Shown: in pieces, positions 11,241-21,459 of the stretch
Position numbering within the stretch: position 1 is the first letter of the stretch
Layout: every line of letters starts with the position of its first letter
DNA from: Cetorhinus maximus
Lineage: Eukaryota
Direction of reading: 5' to 3'
Length of the DNA: 64,000 nt
Assembly: GCF_964194155.1 (NCBI RefSeq)
Contig: NC_135901.1
Span: forward strand, 23,002,001-23,066,000
Notes under the pieces: model-generated
What the model was told of the DNA's origin: nothing
What the model saw: the letters and a program-made list of their open reading frames with translations, nothing else
The model's database searches: none
Translations under genes and position numbers: made by a program

Positions 11241-12113
11241 TCACTCAGTGAGAACTCGATGGGGTGTTGGAAAGGTGGCTGTCTGAGTGAATCCCTTTCC
11301 ACACAAGGACAAGGTGAATGGTTTCTTCGCATTGTGAACTTGCTGGTGTCTCAGCAGGTTGGATGACTGAGTAAATCCCTTCCCACACTTTGAGCAGATG
11401 AAAGGCCTCTCCCCAGTATGAATGCGCTGGTGTGCAATGAGGTCAGATGATCGCCTGAAACCAGTCCCACAGTGAGAACACCTGAATGGTCTCTCGTCAG
11501 TGTGAGCACGTCGATGGGACATCAGGTCCCCAGAACTTTTATAGCACTTGTCACAGTCCGAGCATTTAAAAGGTCTCTCATCAGTGTGAACTTGCTGGTG
11601 TCTCAGTAGATGGGATGATCTTGTGAATCCCTTCCCACACATGCAGCAGGTGAATGGCCTCTCCCCAGTGTGAATTCGTTGGTGTGTCAGCAGGTCTGAT
11701 GACAGAGTGAATCCCTTCCCACATTCAGAGCAGGTGAATGGCCTCTCCCCAGTGTGAACTCGCTGGTGTGTCAGCAGGTCAGCTGACCGAGTGAATCGCT
11801 TCTCACATTCAGAGCAGCTGAACAACCTCTCCCCAGTGTGAACTCGCTGGTGTGTCAGCAAGTTGGTTGAATTAATGAATCCCTTCCCACACTTGGAGCA
11901 GGTGAATGGCCTCTCCCCAGTGTGAACTCGCTGGTGTGTCAGCAGCGTGGACAACTGAGTGAATCCCTTCCCACATTCAGAGCAGGTGTACGGCCGCTCC
12001 CCAGTGTGAGTGCGTCGATGAGTTTCCAGCTTAGACTGGTAGCTGAATCCCTTCCCACAGTCCTCACATTTCCATGGTTTCTCTCTATTGTGGATGGTAC
12101 TTTTTCCTTCCAT
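11241..12113 (-). CDS. C2H2 zinc-finger protein D, 290 aa, 9 intact fingers
   Basis: ATG ORF with HTGERPF linkers; acceptor tttcacag at ~12223; further decayed fingers at 10935-11240. Confidence 0.9.
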   Translation of the reverse strand: MEGKSTIHNREKPWKCEDCGKGFSYQSKLETHRRTHTGERPYTCSECGKGFTQLSTLLTHQRVHTGERPFTCSKCGKGFINSTNLLTHQRVHTGERLFSCSECEKRFTRSADLLTHQRVHTGERPFTCSECGKGFTLSSDLLTHQRIHTGERPFTCCMCGKGFTRSSHLLRHQQVHTDERPFKCSDCDKCYKSSGDLMSHRRAHTDERPFRCSHCGTGFRRSSDLIAHQRIHTGERPFICSKCGKGFTQSSNLLRHQQVHNAKKPFTLSLCGKGFTQTATFPTPHRVLTE

Positions 12114-12659
12114 GTTTAAAATCCAATGATATTCAGGTTACAATAAATTGGACGACTCCATCAGATCCTGATGTGATGTTTGGTTTGAGTTTCCCAACTG
12201 CAAATCCTCCTCTTCTAATATCCTGTGAAATTGATTTAAAACAGATAAAAAGGGAGTGAGAGTGAAACCAGTAAAACACAAAGACAGGCTGTGAAATTGA
12301 GCTGAATGAATCCGGTAATTTGTGGGGCTGACATCAGGGAAAAGTGGCCATGAAAACTGCTGGAATGTCGTAAAAAACCAACTGATTCACTAATGTCCTT
12401 CAGGAAAGGGAACCTGCCACCCGGTCTGGGTCTCACAAGACTCAAGCCTCCACAGGAGGACAGAACGTGAGAGGGGCAAGAGAGGCAGGGGGTGAAGGAA
12501 AGGGATTTTATATGTCTACAACTTGGCCAGAACTTTGACAAAAATTCCAAGAACCTCAACCTGCACCAACCAGAAAGACCAGGGTGGCAGGTGTATGTGA
12601 ACATCATCAACTTCAAGATCCCCTCCAAGTCACACATCACCTTGATCGAATGAACAGAA

Positions 12660-13690
12660 ATTTCCTCCCATTTAAATATCGGGAATACCAAAGCCATTGT
12701 CCTCAGCCCCTGCTACAAACTCCACTCCCTAACCACCAACACCATCCCTCTCCCCGGCAACTGTCTGAGGCAGAACCAGACTGTTCACAACTTTGGTGTA
12801 GTATTTGACCCTGAGATGAGCTTCTGACCACATATCCACATCATCATCAAGACCACAAAGACCTCAGTAACATTGCCCGACTCCACCCTCATCTCAGATC
12901 ATTTGCTTCTGAAACACCCATCCATTGTTTTATTTCCTCAAGACTTAACTATCCTATCAGACCCCAGGCTGGACAGCCACATTCACCCTCCCTGTAATCT
13001 TGAGGTGATACAATACTGCTGCCTGTGTGTTTACTTGCAGTAAGTTTTGTTCACCCATATCCCCTGTGCTTACTGACCTATAAAGGCTCCTGTTTAAGAA
13101 GCACCAAAATTTTAAAACTGTCGTCCTTGTTTTCAAATCCTTCTGTGGCTGTGATCATCCCTATCTCTGTTATTTCTGGACTTACTGCACTGTTGCCGGC
13201 CTCTCACATTCAACTTCCCAGTAATATTGAGGTTGTTCCAGACTCTGCTGCCCGTGTGCCTAATCACACCAAGACGCCCAAACTCCCTGTGCTTACTGAC
13301 CTACAAAGGATCCCATTTAAGAAGCACCTAAATTTGAAAATTCTCATCCTTGTTATCCTCTCTGGTCGTGCCCCTCCCTATCTCTATAATCTCCTCCAAA
13401 CACACAACCCTCCAAGATATCTGCTCTCTTCTAATTCCGGCCAATATGGATCATTCTACCTTCAGTGGCTGTTCTTGCAGTTCCTTCTGGATATTCCTCA
13501 TTAAATCTCTCCTGCTCACTACTTCACTTTCCTATTTTAGGATAATCCTTAAAACCTACCTCTTTGACCAAGTTTTTGTTCACCTGCCTTCATATCTCCT
13601 TGTGAGGCTCGGTGTCAAATGTTGCTTTATAACATTTCTGTGAAATGCCTTGGAACATTTAATACATTAAAGGTGCGATATAAATACAAA
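12660..13690 (+). mobile_element. L2 LINE 3' part
   Basis: NIGNTKAIV..NFGVVFDPEMSF; tail cattaaaggtgcgatataaatacaaattattgttg. Confidence 0.75.
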
Positions 13691-14944
13691 TTATTGTTGC
13701 TGATTTGGACATATATCACCATTCCTTCACCATTGCTGGGTGAATAACTTGTAACTTCTTACCTAACATCATTGTGGGAGCATCTTCACCACACAGACTG
13801 CAGCGGTTCAAGAAGGTCAAACATCATCTTCCCTACAGGTAACTGGGGATTGGCAATATATGCTACAGGTCTTGTTAATGACACCCAAATCCCAGGAATA
13901 AATTTTTAAATATGTTTGTGTTAAATAGATTAAAAGCATCCACAGAAATATTTGCTCCTAAAACAATATCCTTTTACATTGTATGGACAGTGTCTGTTTA
14001 GCAACCTGATCTCTCCTGGAATCTACCTCTCTCAACAATTTCACAATGGAAATTGCTGGGTCCAACTGGGTTCCAAAGTCCTTGGGGTTAAACCCAGCAG
14101 CTTCTCCTCCATCTCCACTCCTGCTCAAACTGAGGCAACAAGGCTTTCAGAACAGAATTGGATAAGGCCATGAAGAGAAAAAAATTCCTCAGCTATGAGG
14201 AAAATGCAGCAGACTGCGACTAGTTGATTTGCTCTTGCATGGGCATGACAGGTTAAATAGCCTCCATCTGTATTGTCATCATTCAATGATTCTATGACTT
14301 GATGGAAAAAGGACCAACACTGGAGGCTAGAGACCAACTGCTGCAACCAACACACACCCCGATAGAAACCAGCTCTTAATCGGTCCGTCTGTGTTTCTAA
14401 ACTCAGTTCTGTGAGCGATGCCTGAAATAACATAATAACCAAATACTGCAGCTGCTAGAAATATGAAATATAAAGAGCAAATACTCAAATTATTCAGCAG
14501 GTCAGGGAGTAACTGTGGAGAGAGAAAAGCGGTCAATGTTTCAGGATGTAAAGAATGAATTACAGGGAATACAAATTAAGCAGAATTTGATGGTCAATAT
14601 AAGCTCAGAAGTGGGAGAGAAATGACCTCTAGTGCAACAATTCCTGACCATGGGAAGATAAAGCTAGTAAATCAGCGGTGTATAGCCAGGAGTAAGAGCA
14701 GCAGTGGAAACCTCATTTAGACACAGTTGGCAGAAATAACAGTAAAATACCAAATATGGTTAAAATACACCCATTATTAGAGGCAGAGGAAGTTAGACAA
14801 TGGCAGAGTGCTGATTGGTGAGGGCTGAGGTGAAACAGAGCAATTCAGATCCACAGTAAAGGATCCACACCAGCCCCAGAGCTATGGAATCAGAGCACAG
14901 CACTAAGAGCTCTAAATGGTAGATGAATGCTCAATAATACTCAC

Positions 14945-15063
14945 CTCTGAAACAATTTCACTGTTTCCATATTTAAAATCTCCTGCTGGAATTTGCAGCT
15001 GGAAAGATATCAGAAACACAAGAGTCAGAGAAAAATCTGGTGATCTTCATATTTTCTAACTCC
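14945..15063 (-). other. Probable non-coding 5' UTR exon of gene D
   Basis: tgtgcAG acceptor and GAG/GTGAGT donor; paralog 45349-45458 keeps both sites. Confidence 0.55.
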
Positions 15064-15289
15064 CTGCACAGGAGATTATAAAAGTCATAACATTCAGTCA
15101 AGGTTTGAATTTCAGTAGAGACACATTTTCTGTTGGTTTGTGTTTGCTGTGTGTAAATCCTGTCCTTCTAACCCCCTGTAAAAGAAGTTTCCAAAATCAT
15201 CCCTGTCAGTCCAGGATACAAGTTCACAACATTCTCTACTCCTGCTGCCTGGTCCAGGATTAGTTCAGCAGGGACATATTTGCATTATA

Positions 15290-15790
15290 AGCAGTTCAGA
15301 GAAGGTTCTCTCTGCTGATTCCTGGGATTACGGGTTTTATTTTATGAGGGAACGTTGGGCCCGTACTCATTGGAGTTTTGAAGAATGAGATGTGATCTTA
15401 TTCAAACATATAAGATTCTGAGGGTGCTTGACAGGGTGGATGCTGAAGGATGTTTTCCCTGATGGGGAATCTAGAACTAGGTTTAAAAATAAGGCGGGGG
15501 GGGGGGGGGGGGGGGGTGCTGTGGGGGGGTTCTAATTTAAGACTGAAGTGAGGAGAAATCTTTTCTCTCAGAATTGTTACTCTGTGGAACTGTCTTCCCC
15601 GGGGAGGAGTGCAGGCTGGGGAGTATTTTGGAAAAAGTCAAGGCTGAGTTTTTGATGTACAAGGGAGTCAAGGGTTGGGGGGGGTAAGCAGGAAAGTGGA
15701 GTTAAGGGAACAATCAGATCAGCCACGATCTTTTTGAATTGCCAAGCATGCTCGATTGGCAGAATGGCCCACTCGTGCTTCTAATTCTGA
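15290..15790 (+). mobile_element. CR1 3' fragment
   Basis: CR1 C-terminus and 3' UTR; same position as 45680-46150 in the paralogous unit. Confidence 0.8.
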
Positions 15791-15884
15791 TATTCTTATT
15801 CTTATAGTATTAAGATGGTCGCACATCCCTCTAAAGATGGTGCATGTTCATCCCACCCTGTCACCAGCTCCTGTTTGCAGAGTG

Positions 15885-16390
15885 GGAATAAAATCAACGC
15901 GCCAATGTTTTTCTCTCCTGGTCACCGGGACCCTGAAGCCGCGCCCATTACGTTACAACACCGAGATGGCCGCGCATGCGCTCTGCTCCCCGCCACCCTC
16001 CCCAATCACCTCTCTGCTATTGTGTAACTTCCTGAGCCTCTAATAATGGTTCACCTGGGCCTGTTTCCAGGAAAAAAGCCCCAGGGCTGTAAACACGGAA
16101 CCTGCAGACCCTGATTCTGGCCTTGAGGCCTACATCGAGTGTTTATGAAGCCTCCCCTCACTCCCCACCCCTCCCCGGCTCCATTCCTCCCTCCGCCCCG
16201 CCCTCTCTCACCCATTTCCAAAAGCCTCTCCCGCATTCGCAAGGCTCCGATCAAAGTGACACTGCGCATGCTCCAGATCGGTCAGCACGGCGCCTGCGCA
16301 CTGGGCTCCTGTAGAGTGTATAGAGCACATTCACATCCGCACGGAATGTTGGGTAACAGCAGCGCCATTGATATTCGAAATACAGAATAG
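15885..16390 (-). promoter_or_regulatory. Promoter/first exon of gene D (P3)
   Basis: CpG-rich; AGATGGCCGC, GCGCATGCGC, GTGTTTATGAAGCCTC, GGAATGTTGGGTAA, 60-bp box. Confidence 0.75.
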
Positions 16391-16875
16391 AAAATAATTT
16401 TGTTAACCAATTGAAATAAATTAATTTAAAAACACATATAAATTCTGTGCAGCGCTATGTTCCATTTTTCAAAGTGATTTAAATTTCTGCTCTCCTGTGG
16501 GAATGCGTTGAACTTTTAAAGCTTTTCCACTGGTTCCCCTCTCCCTCCTCCCCTATAGGTGCTGACTCTGGCTGGGTTAAAGCTCAAAGCCACTGGTTCC
16601 TCTCTCCTTACGTTTCGACCCCTGATAATGAATGTTCACTCTTTTATAGAATGATACATCACAGATAAAATTTAATTCAGCTCATCACACCTGTGCTCGC
16701 TTTTTTGAAGATCCATCCAATTAATTCCAAAGCCCTGCTGGCAGGGTCAGAACAATGTACATCTGCTGTAGTAATTCAAGTGGTGAATGGAAAAGGCTTT
16801 TCAGGTGGATGCTTCTTAGACACACCCATCCCTGTGGAAAGATCAGTGTATTTAGCAGATATAAAGGATTCACTG

Positions 16876-17330
16876 AAATAAAAACAGAAAGTACTGGAAA
16901 AACTCAGCAGGTCTGGCAGTGTCATTGGAGAGAGAAACAGAGTTAACATTTTGAGTCTAATACGACTCTCCTTCAGAACTGAAATGGACAGATTTTCATC
17001 CTTTATTCTGACATTAAAACTTACTGTGTCTTGTTTCTTTATCACAACCATTACCACTCCCTTTACCTTTCATTCAATTACATCTTTGTTGTTTAATCTC
17101 TCCCGCCCTCTAAATTATCCCTGACCTCTTTTGTTCGACCTGACACCATTTTTTCAACAGCATAAAACCCATCCCATTTCTACCTCTCTTCAGTTCCAAA
17201 GAAGACTCATATTTCACCCGAAACATTAACTCTGTTTCTCTCTCCACAGATGCTGCCAGACCTGCTGAGTTTTTCCAGAACCTTCTGTTTTTATTTCTGT
17301 TCTTCAGCATCCACAGGTATATTGCCTTCA
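16876..17330. mobile_element. PLE 3' end with inverted terminal copy
   Basis: Inverted arms 16876-16983 and 17190-17300; paralogous copy at 52700-52975. Confidence 0.8.
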
Positions 17331-19136
17331 AATAAGAGTTAAGCACACAGAGTGCCTGGCAGAGTTTAATTGAGTAATTCTACACCCGCCATATACCACA
17401 GTGACATTATTAAGAAAGGGCCAAGTTAAGAGAATATCCCTGGAATGACAGAGTCGATGAATTATGGAGTTAAAAATCAAAGGTATTAATATCCTGTAAT
17501 ATCACAAATACCAATTAGCTCGGATGTTGCAGTATGAAAGAACCCCACATAGTTGTCACATGAAAGAGGCAGTGTCCAATGGATGTATTAAGGCCACACC
17601 ACTGTTAAACTCCAGTGGGGTTTACGTGGATGGGCCTCGGTTTTATAAACAAGGACTGTATCAGACGAGTGCTGTGGCTTTGCTTCTTGACAGCCATAGT
17701 ACCTTTATTAAATATGCACCGTGATATTTAGCCCAGAAGTTTGAGGTTATTGTGATCACAGCCCTTCAATCTGTTACTGATGGAATCTCCAACTATTCTG
17801 AAAATATCCTTTAGTTGTAACTCCCTCAGAGAAAACCTACATCTCTGGCACAATAAAAACACAGCTTCTCCACAGCAGAAAGAAAATCACTCACCCACCA
17901 CTCCAAACTTCGAATGATTTGAGATCATGCTGGTAAGTGACTGGGACAAGTTGCTATTTGTAAGGTGAATGTACATCAGCAGGAGGAGTAAGTGAAGAGG
18001 GTGACGGTAATAACCAGGCCGACTGATTCACCAGGAAAGCTGCTCCAGAGGCGTTTCTTTGGGATCCACTCAAAACACAATCATTGGCACCGGTACGACA
18101 GTCTCCAGTTAAACCTGATTTTAAAACTTGTCAGGACCCTGACCCTGATGTGACTATGGTCAAAGAGGCCGTACACCATAGCAAAGACTTTCCCTCATCC
18201 CTCACAGCAAGTAAGGATTCACTCATCTTACACAATGAGGTTTTCTATCACAAGGATGGCTCTATTTTTGATTTAGGTCACACCTTGATGGCTTAGAAAA
18301 GAATGAATTTTGTTTATGAATCAAATTAGGAGAGTGTTTCTCTGTTTCAAGTCCTCAATATGTTATATAATTACTCTTGGTGACTGAGGATGCACCAGGA
18401 TGTCCATTACCTCCTGAACCTGTGTCTCACCTGTATCCAAATTAATCCGGCCCTGCGAAATGTAAGGTCCCAATGGGAACAACCCATCTGAATTATGTCG
18501 CTGGGTAACATGGGCAGGTCCACATCCCACAGTAAAGGAGGGGACTGGTAAATCCTGATAGTTATATGTATGTTGGCTGGTGGATTGAAGATTTCCCTGT
18601 CTGTAAAAATGATGCAGTCGCAACAGCTAAAACCTTGTGGGAACAAATCTTTACCAGATGTGGCATCCGGAAAAGGATAGTGAGTGATAATGATTCTCAA
18701 TTCACAGCAGAAGTAATGCAGCAGCTTTGTCATCTTGTAGGTGTGGAACAACATTTCCACATCCCCTATTACCCAGAGTCCAGTGGGATGGTCGGGAGCT
18801 TTAATCACTCGGGAGAAAAGACACTGACAAAAGCTGTCATGAGTGGAGCTGATGAACTGGTCAAGGCCAATGACTGGGTCACTGCCTTGCCTGGTGTCTT
18901 CATGACCATTCACTCCACTCCTGTTCAATCATCCGGTCACAGCCTATGAAAGGTCAGCCAATCCAGATTGTGAATCCCCCCGGGTGGCACTCCCCATGGC
19001 TACTGGACAGACTTAGGACCAGTTTCTCCACAACCCCCAACAAACTTTAACACCCTGATAAAAACAAAAGGCAAAAGTTGTTCTCACACTGAACAATTTC
19101 TCCTTTAACTCCTCTCACTTCCTCCAAATAAAAGGT

Positions 19137-20306
19137 GTGGCTATGGGTACCCGCAAGGGCCCCAGCTATGCCTGTCTCTTTATGGGGTATGTGGAACATT
19201 CCTTGTTCCAGTCCTACTCCGGCCCCCTCCCACAACTCTTTCTCTGGTACATCGATGATTACTTCGGTGCTGCTTCATGCTCTCGTCGGGAGCTGGAAAA
19301 ATTTATTAATTTTGCTTCCAATCTCCACCCCTCCATCATTTTCACATGGTCCATCTCTGACACATCTCTTCCCTTCCTTGACCTCTCTGTCTCAATTTCT
19401 GATGATAGACTGTCCACCAATATCCATTACAAGCCTACCGACTCCCACAGCTACCTCGACTACAGCTCCTCACACCCCGCTTCCTGTAAGGACTCCATCC
19501 CATTCTCTCAGTTCCTTCGCCTCCGTCGCATCTGTTCTGATGACGCCACCTTCAAAAACAGCTCGTCCTTCTTCCTTAACCGAGGTTTTCCACCCACGGT
19601 CGTTGACAGGGCCCTCAACCGTGTCCGGCCCATATCCCGCGCATCCGCCCTCACGCCTTCTCCTCCTTCCCAGAAACATGATAGGGTCCCCCTTGTCCTC
19701 ACTTATCACCCCACCAGCCTCCGCATTCAAAGGATCATCCCACGCCATTTCCGCCAACTCCAGCATGATGCCACCACCAAACACATCTTCCCTTCACCCC
19801 ACCTGGCGGCATTCTGTAGGGATCGTTCCCTCCGGGACACCCTGGTCCACTCCTCCATCACCCCCTACTCCTCAACCCCCACCTATGGCACCTCCCCATG
19901 CCCACGCAGAAGATGCAACACCTGCCCCTTCACTTCCTCTCTCCTCACCGTCCAAGGGCCCAAACACTCCTTTCAAGTCAAGCAGCATTTCACTTGCATT
20001 TCCCCTAACTTAGTCTACTGCATTCGTTGCTCCCAATGCGGTCTCCTCTACATTGGAGAGACCAAACGCAAACTGGGCGACCGCTTTGCAGAACATCTGC
20101 GGTCTGTCCGCAAGAAAGACCCAAACCTCCCTGTCGCTTGCCATTTTAACACTCCACCCTGTTCTCTTGCCCACATGTCTGTCCTTGGCTTGCTGCATTG
20201 TTCCAGTGAAGCCCAACGCAAACTGGAGGAACAGCACCTCATCTTCCAACTAGGCACTTTACAGCCTTCCGGGCTGAATATTGAATTCAACAACTTTAGA
20301 TCTTAA
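19137..20306 (+). CDS. PLE reverse transcriptase C-terminal half plus GIY-YIG endonuclease (partial)
   Basis: AMGT, YIDD, PFLD, CPRRRCNTC, VYCIRCSQCGLLYIGET, QPSGLN; 389 open codons. Confidence 0.9.
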   Translation: MAMGTRKGPSYACLFMGYVEHSLFQSYSGPLPQLFLWYIDDYFGAASCSRRELEKFINFASNLHPSIIFTWSISDTSLPFLDLSVSISDDRLSTNIHYKPTDSHSYLDYSSSHPASCKDSIPFSQFLRLRRICSDDATFKNSSSFFLNRGFPPTVVDRALNRVRPISRASALTPSPPSQKHDRVPLVLTYHPTSLRIQRIIPRHFRQLQHDATTKHIFPSPHLAAFCRDRSLRDTLVHSSITPYSSTPTYGTSPCPRRRCNTCPFTSSLLTVQGPKHSFQVKQHFTCISPNLVYCIRCSQCGLLYIGETKRKLGDRFAEHLRSVRKKDPNLPVACHFNTPPCSLAHMSVLGLLHCSSEAQRKLEEQHLIFQLGTLQPSGLNIEFNNFRS

Positions 20307-20676
20307 ACTCCCCCTCCCCCCATCCCCACCCCGTTTCTCCCCCCTCCACCTTTTTTTTCAATAATTTATATAGATTCTTCTTTTCCCACCTATTTCCATT
20401 ATTTTTAAATCTAAAACTAAAACTTTGTTAGTCTTTCCACCCCACCCCCACTAGAGCTGTACCGTGAGTATCCTGCCTTCCATTCTTAATTAGCACTTTT
20501 CTTAGATAATATCACCACCTTCAACACCTCTTTGATCCTTTTGTCTGTGACATCTTTTGATTATCTGCTCCTATCACTGCTTGCTTATCCCCACAATCAC
20601 CCCACCCTCAACTTCTCTCTCCCCCCCCGCTCCCCACCTTAGACCAGCTTATATTTCACCTCTCTCCTAACTATAC

Positions 20677-20719
20677 TCAGTTCTGCCGAAGGGTCGTGAG
20701 GACTCGAAACGTTAACTGA
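20677..20719 (+). ncRNA. Minimal type I hammerhead ribozyme motif (A6->C)
   Basis: TCAGTT CTGCCGA A GGGTC gtgag GACTC GAAA CG TT/AACTGA: 6-bp stem I, 5-bp stem II, palindromic ACGU stem III. Confidence 0.75.
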
Positions 20720-21459
20720 TTTCTTCTCCACCGATGCTGCCAGACCTGCTGAGTTTTTCCAGGTAATTCTGTTTTTGTTTTGAACTTTAACACCCTCCCT
20801 GCTACAGGCAGTGGAGAAGATGGTGCTGCCCATCACAACACCTCCAGGGAGAACCAACCCACCCATTACATTAACTGTTCAATGAGAGATGAAGTCACGT
20901 TAAAACGTTAATAACATTGTTAAACGGGGTTGGTCTTGGGGGTGGGGTGGGGGGGGGGGAGGGGGGGCTACCTGGGAATATCCATTTGATGATCTAAATA
21001 GATTGGGAGAAATAAATCTTATATTAGCAAATTGGAAACGAGGGAAGGAAATACAATATCTGTGTTACCATGGAGATCAGTGTAAACTGTACAAAATGAA
21101 AAGGTCAGATAATGAGGAGAATAAACGCTGTGTTTGATTTTATCCAACAGGGACAATATGTGGACGGTCATCGTGCTCCCGGGCTGTGTCCAGGCTGAAG
21201 TTCTGTTCCTGCCGTATGATCCTCCCCCAGATTGTCCTTTCTGAGCTCCAGCCAGGTGATGTTAAACACTCAGGTGGGAAAGACAAAAATCTACAATATG
21301 TTTAAAACAAAGCTGATTTATTTGATACAGAACCAGAATACTAAACTTCAGTTCAATTATTAACATCAGAAGAAAGAAACATCAACTCTCAGAATGAACC
21401 TGGTTCAGTCCTGGGTGTGATTAACAGCAGCAATAACAGCAGAATCTAACCCCTGCTGT

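Larger units (their letters stand above)
19057..20782 (+). mobile_element. 5'-truncated Penelope-like retroelement
   Basis: Exact 14-bp TSD AACTTTAACACCCT at 19043-19056 and 20783-20796; RT and GIY-YIG ORF; hammerhead at 3' end. Confidence 0.95.
17350..21110 (+). mobile_element. Decayed retrovirus/Gypsy-like pol relic (RNase H and integrase), split by a PLE
   Basis: VYVDGP and GNNQAD (RNase H); IVSDNDSQFT..HIPYYPESSGMV (integrase core); C-terminal part resumes after 20797. Confidence 0.8.

Noticed and set aside
14945-15063. KRAB-encoding exon
   Set aside because: No KRAB-A motif recognised by eye and no conserved ATG-led frame between the D and I copies.
15496-15530. Poly-G tracts as functional G-quadruplexes (also near 20940 and 7741)
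   Set aside because: Inside TE relics, absent from the paralog, and prone to slippage or sequencing error.
19135-20013. 292-aa Pro/Ser-rich ORF (also 49815-50753 and 51407-52057)
   Set aside because: Alternative frames of C-rich PLE coding sequence.
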